Shown here piece by piece: positions 10,701 to 21,652 of a stretch of 64,000 bases of DNA. Position 1 is the first letter of the stretch; every line of letters starts with the position of its first letter. Position numbers and translations under genes: made by a program. Under the pieces are notes generated by a model that saw nothing but the letters and a program-made list of their open reading frames with translations, searched no databases and was not told the origin of the DNA. The DNA lies in assembly GCA_965240325.2 (NCBI GenBank), contig OZ251240.1, positions 1,054,001 through 1,118,000 of the forward strand, read 5' to 3'. Source of the DNA: Rebecca billardiae RCC1528 (taxonomy: Eukaryota > Protista > Haptophyta).

Positions 10701-11437
10701 TAACGACGTGGTATGCAACGGGCAGGCGTCAGAGTCAGCAAGCTGTAGCGGCAGATCGAGCAGCAGAGACAAACACCAGGATCAGCGCTCCTCGCCGTCG
10801 TCCCCCCCCCCTCGTAGTCGCCCATCACTCCATCGCCGAGCGGAAGCTCGACGCACCGTCTGGCGTCGACGCGCGCGCGCCACCGCGGTGGTCGCGGTGC
10901 CACGCGTCGTCAGCCGTCGTCTCCGGAAGCAGTCGTCGTACGCAGTGCCCCCGCGGGCGCGTGCCCCCGGGCGCACGTGCGCCATGCGCGCGCGGGCGAT
11001 GAGCATCTTGGCCTGGCCACGCAGGCAGCGCATGCCCAGCTCGCGCCGCATGGTGCCGAGCAGCGCGCGCTCGGCGGCGGGGCGCGAGGGCGCGCTGAGG
11101 CGCGCGCGCCACGTGTCCCGCCCCATCTTGGCGATCTTCTTGAGGGTGAGGTCCACCTCCGCGCTCCACTCGCCGAACGCCCCCACGACAATCGGGACGA
11201 TCGCGGGGAAGGTGTCGAGCCGCGCCTCGTATGGGCCCACCTGGCCCTCAAGCGTGCCATAGACCTCGCGGTCGAGGAGCTGCAGCTGCTTGCGCCGCTC
11301 GCGCGGGACGAGTTCCGCGCGGTGGCGCACCGCACCGTTGCGGCCGTCGCTCACCCTGTAGCGCGACGGGCTCAGCGAGATGGTCTTGACCTCGAACAGG
11401 GTACAGTTGCCGTGCACCTCGGCACTCAGGTCCACCT
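10701..11437 (-). mobile_element. 5'-truncated non-LTR retrotransposon (restriction-like endonuclease C-terminus, CRE/R2-group-like)
   Basis: ORF 10782-11435: DLS..LFEVKT..IVPIVVGAFGEWSAEVDLTLKKIA..RELGMRCLRGQAKML, an RLE pattern. No 5' part. TA-rich junctions at both ends; 3' end gcccgttgcataccacgtcgtta. Confidence 0.75.
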
Positions 11438-11587
11438 ATATATGAAGACGATGATAATATATTTTATTCGTCATTTCGTCATATCGTCATCGTAATACGC
11501 TACTAGTCGCGTCATCATCATCATCAGCGGCCTACTCCCACAGCGAGTATGGACGGCAGCATCCTCGTCACAGCAGCATCAGCGGCA

Positions 11588-13449
11588 TCATGAGCATCGT
11601 CCTGAGAGTGAGGGCGTGGCTTGCTCGATGAGCTGCTGTGTGGCATCAGACTCGGCAGAGGGCCACGCGCAGAGGTAGCTGACGCTGTGCTGATGACTGT
11701 CAAACTTCGGCGGCATCGTCTTTCGCGCCAGGCGACCGTTGGCTTTGGCGGCGTGTGACCGCTGTGCGCGCGGCGTGTTGTCGTTGACTGATGACGTCTG
11801 CGTAGACGACCACACAGAGCGCGCGAGCACGCCATCGTGGCCGCTCGTGCACGTGTGCGTGTCCGCGATGTAGTCGCCCTCCTCCCCGCCGGAGTACGAG
11901 CAGCCGCTGCCGATGATTTCCGCTGATGGGCGTCGAACGAGGTCCCGGACGAGCACAAGGCCAGCGTCCAGCTCGTAGTGGTTGCCAATGCCATAGCGCG
12001 CATTCAGAGCGCGCATGCTTCCCACCCTGTGCTGCGCGCCGCCGCTCGCGCCCGGGCTGTCGGCGCGCGAGGTGTTCTTGTGGACCACCGCCGTCGGCCC
12101 CAGCTCACGCAGCAGCTCAGCCGGCGTGACGACCACCCACAGCAGGTCGACAGGCAGATTGACCTGGGCTGCGAGCTCGGCCGGTGGCTTGTATGTGCCC
12201 GAGACGTTCGACCACGCCAGCAGTGCGCCGCCGTCACCGATCAGGAGCTCGCCCGCGAAGAGGACGCGCCCCTCACACGCGAGGTGCGGGTGGCCACATG
12301 CAGTGCCAAACGGCAGCGCGCGCGCAGACACGCGCAGCCGCCGCTCGCCTGGCACGAGGACGAAGGCGTGCGAGCCCGACGTGATGGGCACGTTCGCGCG
12401 GTACGCGCAGTGCATCGCGTCCTGCGGGAGCCGGACGCACGCGGGATCACGCGCGGCCCGCCGCAGCTCGGTGACACGCGGGATGTACTGATTTCCGCGG
12501 AGGGCAAAATAGAAATCGCCCTCTCCGCTGGGCGTCGTGGAGGAGGAGGAAGTTGCGGCCACGGCGTCGCGCCAGGCCGAGGGAGGCGTGGGGCCGGCCG
12601 AGCTGAGCGAGTGTGCCCTGCGTCGCCGTGGCGTGCCCGCAGGCACCCGCACCACCTCTGCAAAGATTGGCATCGCCATCCTGCGGGTCGCAGGCCCAGC
12701 AAGCAGGCGCGTCGGTCGCGTTGGGCTCATCAGAGGTGATGTCTGGGTTGGGATCGCGCGCAGATGGGAGTCGCCCGCCCCAGCAGCACATCGCACGCAC
12801 CCGCCGGCTGGGGCACCCGCGTTGTGGCGCTGGCGCATCGCGTGCACTCACGCGTTGAACCCCGATCGACAGTGGACGTCGGCGGTGGTGAGTGCCGTGC
12901 GCCTGCGCGTCCAGGCTTCGATCGTCTCGTAGCACGCCCGGCCGGCCGGGACCTGCTCGCTCAGCGCCACCGACACGGCGGGCAGGCTGCTTGAGCGCTT
13001 GAGTGACGTGCATGCGACGTCACATCGGGGCTGGGGCGTTGGTGTCGCCTGCGCCGACGCACGCGCAATCTTACGCCGGTGCACCGCACTCTTGATGCCA
13101 ACGAGCGCGAGGGTGATCGAGTCGACGGTCTCGACCTGTGGGTCGAGTCCTGTGGCCCGGGGAGCGATGGCCACGACTCAGCCACATGCGCAGCGTGGTG
13201 CTCCTCCACCCGCCCCATTCACCCCGACCGTCGTGCGCGCGCGGCGCATGCGCATCACGCACCCCTGTGATCGAGCATGCGCGCGTACGCGCTTGCGTGC
13301 TGCGCCGAGATGCCGAGGCGAAGGAGATAGTCCGCGAGCGAGGATGACTTGGTGGCGGTCGAACGCGGCGAGAGCGCCGCGGAGGCGGTCAGCGCGGAGA
13401 AGTCAAAATATGCACGTGCGCGCTCGCCCGACAAGCGGTAGATCGGCAT
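11588..13449 (-). CDS. SAM domain + GHPxL..FAGE..WSNxSGxYxP (IQM/toxin-like) domain protein, ~525 aa; exons 13449-13263, 13149-12852, 12680-11588
   Basis: Two GT..CAG introns (13262-13150, 12851-12681) join three ORF-track fragments in frame (1578 nt). The first junction rebuilds a SAM pattern: SLADYLLRLGI..YARMLDHRGLDPQVETVDSITLALVGIKSAVHRRKI. Confidence 0.75.
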
Positions 13450-14875
13450 GTTTGCTGGGGTTGTGGTGAGGGCGCGACGAAGATCATCACGAACTGACAC
13501 GAAGAAGCATTCGCCCGAGTTCCGCGGAATGTGTGAACGGTAGTACAGGTAAAATGGGTTGTACCCCCGACGCCATTGGACGCACGTATTGGATGATCAA
13601 GTTTCAAGTTATATGGTCGTAGTTCCTCTGGGCCGACTGGGTCTCCAGAGAACTTGGCAAATTGCGACGCTTCGCGCCACTTCGACGAGGTTCGAGTCTT
13701 GATCTCGCAGAGCTGATCTTGTAAATCATGTACTACCCCCATAGTCGTGCAATTGACTCCGCTCGCTGGGTATTGACACTGGCCCAGAAGGGGGGGTCCC
13801 GAATTGGTCCCCCCACCTCGAGCTCGATGGCTGCCGCACGTGCGTGCCCAGCGTGCCTCGCGCGTGTACGTGCATGGTAGGGCGTCCCGACAGCGAGGGC
13901 GGGGTGGCGTAGATGGTCGCATGGGAGGTGTATCCGTGTGTCCGAGACGCCTCGGCGCCTCGGTGGCGTGCCCACACCTCTCCTTGTCGCCGCTTGCCTG
14001 CTGCGTGCTCGGCCAGCCGACGCCGTCTGGAGTGCACGCCTGCACGTGCACGGCCAGTGTCGGGCGGATCGAGCCGTAGTGAGTGTGCTTGCGGGTACTC
14101 CCACCTGATGCGGCTCTCTGCCGCATCAGGTGCGAGCAGAGAGAGGATCAGCTCTCTCTGCGCGGGCCTCCGCCGAACCCAGCGCCAGATGCCATCGTCG
14201 GCGTCGCGAGGTACTGCGCCGATCTGGCGGAGATCCAGCGGCAAGTGGCGGCGATCAAGCAGCCGCAACCGCATCAGATGACGTGCACGAACGGCCTGAT
14301 GGGGAAGCTCGTACCACAAGCCTACCATAAGCCACCCGCTCGCCCTCGAGCCGTCACCCGCGCCGCCCGCGACGCGCGGCGCCATCGTGGAGGTGCGTGC
14401 CCGCCGGCGCGAGCTGCACGACACAACATGCGCACCGACGCGAGCCGCTCGTACCACGTCGTGCCCGACGGGCCGTGCTAAGCGACGGCTGCATGTCTAC
14501 GCCATGCAGTCGGTTGTGCCCTGCGCCGCTCGCCCGCCGCGCCTGGAGACCAGTGGGCCATCCGCGGTGCGCCCGTTGCCGCGCCGTCGTGCCCGAGCGG
14601 CCGTGCGCAGCGACGACTGCATCGACGCGCGCCTCGCCGTGCGCCTCGGCGGGCTGCGGGCAGAAGCGCAGTGGGGGTGTGGTGCCACGCTGTCACGCTG
14701 CGCGGCGCGCGCCTGCGGAGCGCCACCGGATGATACCGTTAGTCAGCGCTGAACGGCCAACTCGTCCCATCGTCGACGGGTCTGCCGGCCCTAACCAGCT
14801 TTTCCGTGGCGTCCTAGACGCGCTGTGTTCGACCAGCCCCACCGGGACAAGGCCGCCAGGCCCCCGCAGTTTGAT

Positions 14876-15036
14876 ATCCAGGCCGAGGCGGTGCTCCATC
14901 CCGGCCCTGCTCCCTCAGAGGGGCAGGGCTGCGGGTGGCGCATTGCCTGACCCGGTTGGAAGGCGCGGACGCATTGGCTATGTGTCTGCTGCACTCTGAC
15001 TGAGGCCTGACGGCTTGCCCGTTGCATACCACGTCG

Positions 15037-15039
<3 letters not shown>
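14876..15039 (+). mobile_element. Short retroelement 3'-end copy A (direct repeat of ~19437-19612)
   Basis: ccaggccgagg..tgctccctcagaggggcaggg..aaggcgcggacgcatt..tgtgtctgctgcactctga..gcccgttgcataccacgtcgtta. The terminus is shared with the 10701 element. Confidence 0.75.

Positions 15040-15040
<1 letters not shown>

Positions 15041-15086
<46 letters not shown>
15041..15086. repeat. (TA)23 microsatellite
   Basis: Directly visible. Confidence 0.97.
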
Positions 15087-15090
<4 letters not shown>

Positions 15091-15144
15091 TTAGTAGCGC
15101 AGTATACTATAGCTAGGCGCATGCAGCGCCGTCGCGCCGTGATG

Positions 15145-16607
15145 TTATCGCATGACGATGATGCGCTGAGCATCAGCTTCATCACCGCAATGATTCGCAG
15201 ACGCCGAAGGAATCGCCGTTGCAACCAACAAGCCGCCGCTGTTTGTGTGAAGCACGGTGACAGTGGCGGCGTCGTCGCCATTGGTGGGGGCAGAGGCCTC
15301 TGCCTGCTTCCGGGAGAGATCGCCTTCACCATCGACCGCGCGAGCAGTTCTCGGGGCGAAACGTGTGCTTGAGACCGCGAGGAGCGCGCACACGCCAGCC
15401 ACGCTGGCCATCCACGCCGCGCGTGATGTTGCGAGCAGCGTGCGCGCGTGCGCGCGCGTGCGCTCCGACAGGGGATCCTCCCTGCGCGGCGGAATCCTGC
15501 CGCCATCGGCGCCACTCTCGGCGTGCGGCTTGAACGCCGCGGGCGCAGTCGCGCCGCGCCACGCTCTTGCGCCGGCGAGGCCCGCCACGCTCCCGCTCCC
15601 GGCGCCGGCCGCGTGCACAGGGTCCGGCGGCGGTGCAGGCTGAGGCGGCGGCCAGGCGTGCGCACGCGGCGGCGCGGGCGATGGCTCGCGCGGAGGCGGC
15701 GGGGCGGGTGGTGGAGGCGGGGGCGGCGGCGTGGGCGGCATCGCCGCATCTCGCCCGCCGCGCTCGACCCACGCGCTGTCCGCGAAGCGCACGAGCTCGG
15801 CCGCGGGCGTGCCCAGCGAATCAAGCCGGCCGGGTGCGCCGAGCGTGCTCTGCGCTGTCTCCTGGTACCCAAGTGAGTACGTGTCGAGCCCGGCGGGCGC
15901 GGGCGTGCGTCGGCGCACGCCGGACGCGGTGCACAGGTAGCAGTACGCCGGACCCCGCCAGTACGCGAAGTAGCGGCGGCCGTGCCGGAACGCGAGCCGC
16001 GCGCACTCTGCAAGCGCCGGAACGTCTGTCGCGCTCGGCCAGTGGCGGTCCTGGGCGCACGACGCGGCGCGCTCGACGATGCGCGCGCGGCGAAGGGCGC
16101 GCGCGAAGGTGCGGTCGAGCAGCACGGGCGGTGGCGGGCGTGGCGCGGGCGGCGGCGCCGGAGGGCTCGGCGGCTGCGTCTCGCACTCGCCGCCGCGCAG
16201 GTGGATGTCGCAGCAGTCCCACCGCGGCAGGCTCCAGTTCGTGTAGCACCATGCGCACGCGTAGCCGACGGAGCGGCAGTAGTTGTGGTCGCCGAGGCCG
16301 TAGTCTGGCCGCGCTTCGGGCGTCTCGGCGTGCTTGTGCGGGTGCTGCACGGTCCACTTCTGGCATGGCGCGCCCGTCCAGCTGCGCGAGCGCGCGCCGA
16401 TGGCGCCAGGGGTGCGCCCGCACTCAGCAGGACTGAGAAGACAGGGTGGAGGCGCGCGTGCGAGCGCGTGGCGTGCGCGTACGTGTGGCTGATATGTCCA
16501 CGGTAGTCGCTGCCGAACACGTCGCGGTGGCACTCGACGCTCACGCCACGCGCGCGAGTCGCGAGAAGTAGCGCGGCGAGCGCCGCGATTCGGGCCATGG
16601 CCGCCAT
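15145..16607 (-). CDS. Kringle membrane protein, copy 2 (intron 16482-16382), with a 31-aa longer C-terminus
   Basis: Same as copy 1, but lacks the TGAAAC hexamer that supplies the copy-1 stop at 4951-4953. Confidence 0.88.
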
Positions 16608-19292
16608 GAATCTGGGACCCACGCGTGCCGGCGTGCAACCAAGCTGCATGCACTTCTGGCCGCCGTGCGCGCTGGCGTGTGCTCGGAGAGTCGGAGTCGC
16701 GGCTGGCGCGCAGCGTCGCGCGGGCGCCGCCCGTGGATGCGCGGCCTGGCCGCGCGCGACGTGCGCGGCTGCCTCGCGCTCTTCGAGCGTTCGCACTGGC
16801 ACCTCTCGCCGCTGCGCGGCGCGCTGCTCGTCGCCGCGCCCGCGCTGCACTCGAACCTCCACGCATGCGCCGCCGTTGTCGACGCGCCCAATTGGCGCGC
16901 GCTCGCCTCCGCCTCGCCGACCGTGGCGCTCGTGGGCGCGCTCTTCCACCGCACGGCGGCGGACGAGGCGCCGCGCGCGACGCAGCTGCGCTCGCTCCCG
17001 GCAGCATACCTCTGCGCGCGCATGCTCGGCCACCTCGCCGGGCTGGCCGCCGCCGGCGCGGACGCTACCGCGACCGAGGCCGCGCTGCGCGCGCACTGCG
17101 GCGTGAGCGAGCTGGCGTCGCGCACGGGGGTGACGATCGCGCGCTTCGTGCGGCTGGGCGAGCTCGTGCGCGACGCGATGCACGAGCCGGACGGCCCCGC
17201 GTGCCGCGCCCTCGGCCGCGCGCCCGGCGCGGCCGTTCTGACGAGACTCCTGTGGGAGCGCGCGCACTCGCGCGCATGCCTCGCGCGCTACGCGCAGGGC
17301 GTGGGCGCGCACGCGCCCGAGGCGCTCTCGCCGCTCGGCGCGGCCGTGGCGCAGGGCACGGGCGGCGCGTACGACGCGTGGGTGCGCGCCGAAGCGCCGC
17401 CGTGCGCCGAGCACGACGCCGCCGCCGCCGCGCTCGAGCGGCGCGCGCGACGGCTCGTCGAGCGAGTGGGCTCGGCGCCGCTCGTGCCTCACGGGCGCTA
17501 CGGCCTCGCGGGGGGGCCTCCGAGGGGCGACTGCGTGGAGGTGGTGGTCCGCGAGCTGCTGCAGTTCGGCCTGCACAACGCAGACACCGGGCGGTACGAC
17601 TGCGCCCGGCTGCCGCCCGGCGCGGACCCGCGCCTCGTTCGCTTCTTCGACGAGCGCTCCGCACAGACCGGCGTGGCAGGGGCGCGCGCCGCAGCGGCGG
17701 AGTCGCTCACGCGCGAGCCAGCGGCGCGCGGCGCGAGCGCGGGCGAGGGCTCGGCACGAGCGCGCGCACGGCGCGCCGTGCCCGAGCTGGGCGAGCCGGG
17801 TGACGCCGCTGCGCCGCACGCCATGCCTACAAGCATGCGAGCCGCCGCGAGCGCTCCGGCTCCGCCGCCCGCGCCGCATCCGGACCGCGCCGACAGCAGC
17901 GGCGGCGCCGAGCCCAGCGCACCGCGCAGCGCGGGCGCGGGCACGGACGACGAGCGCGGCGGCGCGCGCGGGCGCGAGTGGTTCGAGCTGCTCAGCGCGC
18001 GCCCCGAGGGCCGATATCTATCCGGCGGCGGCGGCGGCGCTCCGTATGAACTCGCGCCGGATATGAGTAATGTGGTTCATGTTACGGCCGGGCTGCTTGG
18101 GCTTCGTCAACTCGTGGGCAGCGGCGGCGGCCTCCGCGGCGCGGCGGCGCGCTCTCTCTCGCGCGGCCTCGGCGCGGGGACCGCGCACGCGGACGAGGCG
18201 GGCGTGTGCGCGCTCGTCGACGCGTGGCGCGGCGCGACGCCGCGCGCGCCGCCGCTGCGCGCGTGGTCGCGCGCGCTCGCCGCGCCGCCGCAGGAGATTG
18301 CCACCTTCGTGCTCGAGGCGTCCGGCCGCGCCGACGCCGACGCCGAGCGCGGCGCGCGCGCCGACGGCTCTGCCCGAGCTGCCCGCGCCCGCCCTCGTCA
18401 GCCTGCCGTCGGCGAGGCCGCCGCCGACGCCAACGCCGCCGCCGCCGAGGGCGTGGACGCACCCGTCGATCTCGGCTCACTCGAGATCGTCCTGCGACCG
18501 ACGTCGAATCACGCGTTCGCGCGCCGCCTGCCGCCGCCGCTCTCGGCGGCGCAGCTCAGGGCGCGCGAGGCCCTCTCGCGCGCGCTGCGTGACGGCTGCT
18601 TGCCACTCGGGGCCGAGGCACGCTGGGCGCTCGGCGCGCTTGCGGACGGCGGCCTGCTGCTGGCGCAGCCGCAGCCGCGCGCGCGCAGCGGCGCGCACGG
18701 GTGGCCGACGACAGCCGGCGGGGCGCGCGACGCGGACGTCGCGCACGCGACGCGCACCCACGCACCCTCTGCTGCGGAGCTTGCGGCCGCCGTGCTCTGC
18801 GCGGACGTCGTCCACCCCTACGCGCGGCTGCGCGCGCTGCGCGCCGCGTGCGCCGCGCCGGCCGAGCACACGGCCGCGCTCGTGCCGTGGCTGCTCGACG
18901 GGCTGCCGACCGAGGCGAGCGCGGCGCTGAGCGGCTCGGCGGCGCGCGCGCTCAGCCCGACCGGCTGGGTGCCCGCGCACGCCGCCGTCACCGACGCGGT
19001 GCTCCGCCGCCCGCTGCTCGCCGCCGTCGTCGCGCTGCTGCGACGAGATCGCGATCTCGCGCGCCGCGCGTTTGCGGCCGCGGCGCGCTCGGACGGGCGC
19101 GGCACGCTTGGTGCGATCGCGCTGTTCGCCTCCGCGCTTGGTGAGGCGTGGGCCGAAGCCGAAGGCAGCCCCCTGCCCGGAGGCCCGTCCGCGTCGTCGG
19201 AGGCGCCGCCCTCGTCAGCGTGAGCCGCAGCCGCATCATTGATGGATCATCGGTTACCCGTTACCGCCACGACGGCCGACGCACTGCTGCCA
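15149..19292. repeat. Arm 2 of the inverted segmental duplication
   Basis: Reverse complement of 909-5045. Confidence 0.97.
16737..19223 (+). CDS. Hypothetical DCVE-domain protein, copy 2; start uncertain
   Basis: Near-identical to 968-3454. Confidence 0.75.
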   Translation: MRGLAARDVRGCLALFERSHWHLSPLRGALLVAAPALHSNLHACAAVVDAPNWRALASASPTVALVGALFHRTAADEAPRATQLRSLPAAYLCARMLGHLAGLAAAGADATATEAALRAHCGVSELASRTGVTIARFVRLGELVRDAMHEPDGPACRALGRAPGAAVLTRLLWERAHSRACLARYAQGVGAHAPEALSPLGAAVAQGTGGAYDAWVRAEAPPCAEHDAAAAALERRARRLVERVGSAPLVPHGRYGLAGGPPRGDCVEVVVRELLQFGLHNADTGRYDCARLPPGADPRLVRFFDERSAQTGVAGARAAAAESLTREPAARGASAGEGSARARARRAVPELGEPGDAAAPHAMPTSMRAAASAPAPPPAPHPDRADSSGGAEPSAPRSAGAGTDDERGGARGREWFELLSARPEGRYLSGGGGGAPYELAPDMSNVVHVTAGLLGLRQLVGSGGGLRGAAARSLSRGLGAGTAHADEAGVCALVDAWRGATPRAPPLRAWSRALAAPPQEIATFVLEASGRADADAERGARADGSARAARARPRQPAVGEAAADANAAAAEGVDAPVDLGSLEIVLRPTSNHAFARRLPPPLSAAQLRAREALSRALRDGCLPLGAEARWALGALADGGLLLAQPQPRARSGAHGWPTTAGGARDADVAHATRTHAPSAAELAAAVLCADVVHPYARLRALRAACAAPAEHTAALVPWLLDGLPTEASAALSGSAARALSPTGWVPAHAAVTDAVLRRPLLAAVVALLRRDRDLARRAFAAAARSDGRGTLGAIALFASALGEAWAEAEGSPLPGGPSASSEAPPSSA

Positions 19293-19436
19293 TCGCCTGC
19301 CATTAAGGTTGCTACTCATCAGAGTCATGATGCCAATGAATAGTAACTCGACACGTAACTGTCTATTCACACTCACAGTCGTATCAGACTAGGCGCTCGG
19401 CGGCGGCGGCATCTGCCGTCGCCGCCGCCAAGTTCC

Positions 19437-19612
19437 CCCAGGCCGAGGCCCGGTGCTCCATCGACCATCCCGGCCCCGAGCCCGTGCTCCCTCAGAGGGG
19501 CAGGGCGCTGCGGGTGCGGCGCACTGCCTGACCTGGTTGCAAGGCGCGGACGCATTCTATGTGTCTGCTGCACTCTGAGCCTGACGCTTGCCCGTTGCAT
19601 ACCACGTCGTTA
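19437..19612 (+). mobile_element. Short retroelement 3'-end copy B, followed by (AG)n at 19614-19637
   Basis: Direct repeat of copy A. Can be read as a C-terminal ORF remnant ..QGADAFYVSAAL*. Confidence 0.75.
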
Positions 19613-20712
19613 TAGAGAGAGAGAGAGAGAGAGAGAGTTATTAGCAGTAGCAGGACTCGGCCGCGAGGCGCGACGCCCGACGGCGACGCCGCCCAGCCGC
19701 CGCGGCTGTGGCCTGTGCCTGTCGGCCGCCCGCCGCCACCGGCCAACGAGCACTGCTCATCCGTTCGATCCATCAATGGTCAAATGCATCATGAGTACCG
19801 ATGACACGTTATTGACAACACTGTCGTCAATGCGCCTGTCGAGTGCGCGGACCGCGTGCCGCGTCGTGATCGCCTCCTCACTACGGAGTCCTAAGTCCTA
19901 GCCACCGTACTATAAGTGATATACTGCTACTAGCAGTAGTACGTACTGCTAGTGGCACTATGCTGACAGCAGCAGCACGCCCGGCCGCCCGCTGCACTGC
20001 TGCAGCACGGCCACGCAGTGGCATCGCTCATGATGTCTCTAAACTGAGTAAAGACAGCGTAATACTAAATAAGTTTTAAAACTGCGCGCTCATCTGTAGT
20101 AGTGATCTGATGACAGATGAGCCGATCAGGCGGGCATCTGTCAGTAGGCCACTAATCACAGGCTGACCACCGAGTCAGGAATTCGGATTATTTTTATATT
20201 ATATTTATTACGGGACTCAGCTACGACCGCGAATCGTGATGATGATGAGCGACTCCGGCGACAGCGCCGTTGGCCGTGCCGCGTGCCGCCGGGAGCCCGG
20301 GTCACCGCCCGGGATATTTGGCCCCGGCGGAGGCGGCGGACGGCGGCTCGGTAACGGTTGGCCGAGTGTTCTTCATCTTGGCCCAGCGGCGCCACCGGCG
20401 ACTCCGACTCCCGCCAGCGACGAGGATCCGGGCGCGAACTTGGCCTCCATGCAGCAACACACGCTGCAAACCCATGGCACACATGCAACACACACACAGA
20501 CTCACGGCTCCAGCAGACACAGTGACTCGCTCACTCAGTCTCACCATGGTCCAAGCCCTCTCAACCGCCGTCTCCTGGCTCGCCACCGCCCCCCTGCACG
20601 CCGACGGCGCGCGCGCGCCGGCTCGCAGGCGGGCCACTCCGCCGCATCTTCTGCGACGGGAGTGTCCCGAGTCCTGCGCGACGGGGCGCGCCTCGCGCCC
20701 TCGCTCGGCCGG

Positions 20713-21255
20713 TCATGTGTAGGCCGACTCTGCGAGGGCAGACATGGCGCTGTGCATCCGCCGCCGCAGCTCGCCCTCGAGCGCTTTGGCCTGCCACAGC
20801 ACGCGCGGGTCCTGCGACTCGATGTACATGCGCCGTTTGATGAACATGTGCGCCTGCAGGTAGTGGCATGGCAGGCGCGTGCTCTGCTCATCCATGGTGA
20901 GATGTTTGTTGTTGGCGCTTGCGTCTCCGCTCAGCGCGGAGCCTGCTGCGCGCTTGCGCTTGCCCGCGCCCAGTGGCAGCGCGCGCGATGGCCTCGCGCC
21001 AGCGGCGGGGCGGTTGATCTCGATCTTGCGCCGGGTTGTCGATCGCGTCTCGCGCGCCTCCGTGCGGAATTCCAATCGCCTCTGCGCGCGACGGTGGGCG
21101 CGCAAACGGTAACAGATCAGCCCGCTGCGCGCGCGTGCCGGCTGCGCGGGCAATCCGCGCGCAGGTGGCGCACGCACCGGTGGCGAGTGTGCGCCGTCCT
21201 CGGGCGGGGTCACGACGTCATCGTCGTCGTCCTCGAGGCGCTCCACCGTCGCCAT
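20713..21255 (-). CDS. Small hypothetical protein (~148 aa; probable in-frame intron 21177-21082)
   Basis: ATG 21255 begins MATVERLEDDDDD. 96-nt GTGCGT..GCGCAG intron. KRKR basic patch and a helical-looking C-terminus. Confidence 0.6.
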   Translation of the reverse strand: MATVERLEDDDDDVVTPPEDGAHSPPVRAPPARGLPAQPARARSGLICYRLRAHRRAQRRLEFRTEARETRSTTRRKIEINRPAAGARPSRALPLGAGKRKRAAGSALSGDASANNKHLTMDEQSTRLPCHYLQAHMFIKRRMYIESQDPRVLWQAKALEGELRRRMHSAMSALAESAYT

Positions 21256-21652
21256 TCCCCCCCGTTGAGAATCGGCGCGGCCGCAACGCTCGATCCCTGC
21301 TCCCAGGACGTCGTACCTGCTCGGCGGCACCGAACCTGCCGCACGGCTGGACCAGAACGGCAGAACCCGATGCGCGCGAATGACGGTGACCCAACAGCGG
21401 TCGCGATTCGAGAAACGCACGGATGTTCCAAACGTCCGCTTTTGAACGCCAAAACGGCTCGAAAGCAAGGAGTCTTTCATATCGGTTTTCTGTCCCTGAC
21501 GGAATCGACTACTCGGCCATGCAGATGCGCTCGCGGGCCCGCGGCTGTCGGTTGCAGGTTTGCTGCTCGCTTTCTCCGCCGACCGCCGCCGCCGAACAGG
21601 CCGAACACGGAACAGCCGTCCGGAACTCGACCGGCTCCGCCGAGCCCGGCGG

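Noticed and set aside
13480-14800. Lower-GC stretch, near-palindrome at ~13790-13815 and short ORFs (14083-14481, 14387-14752)
   Set aside because: No recognisable motifs or consistent exon structure.
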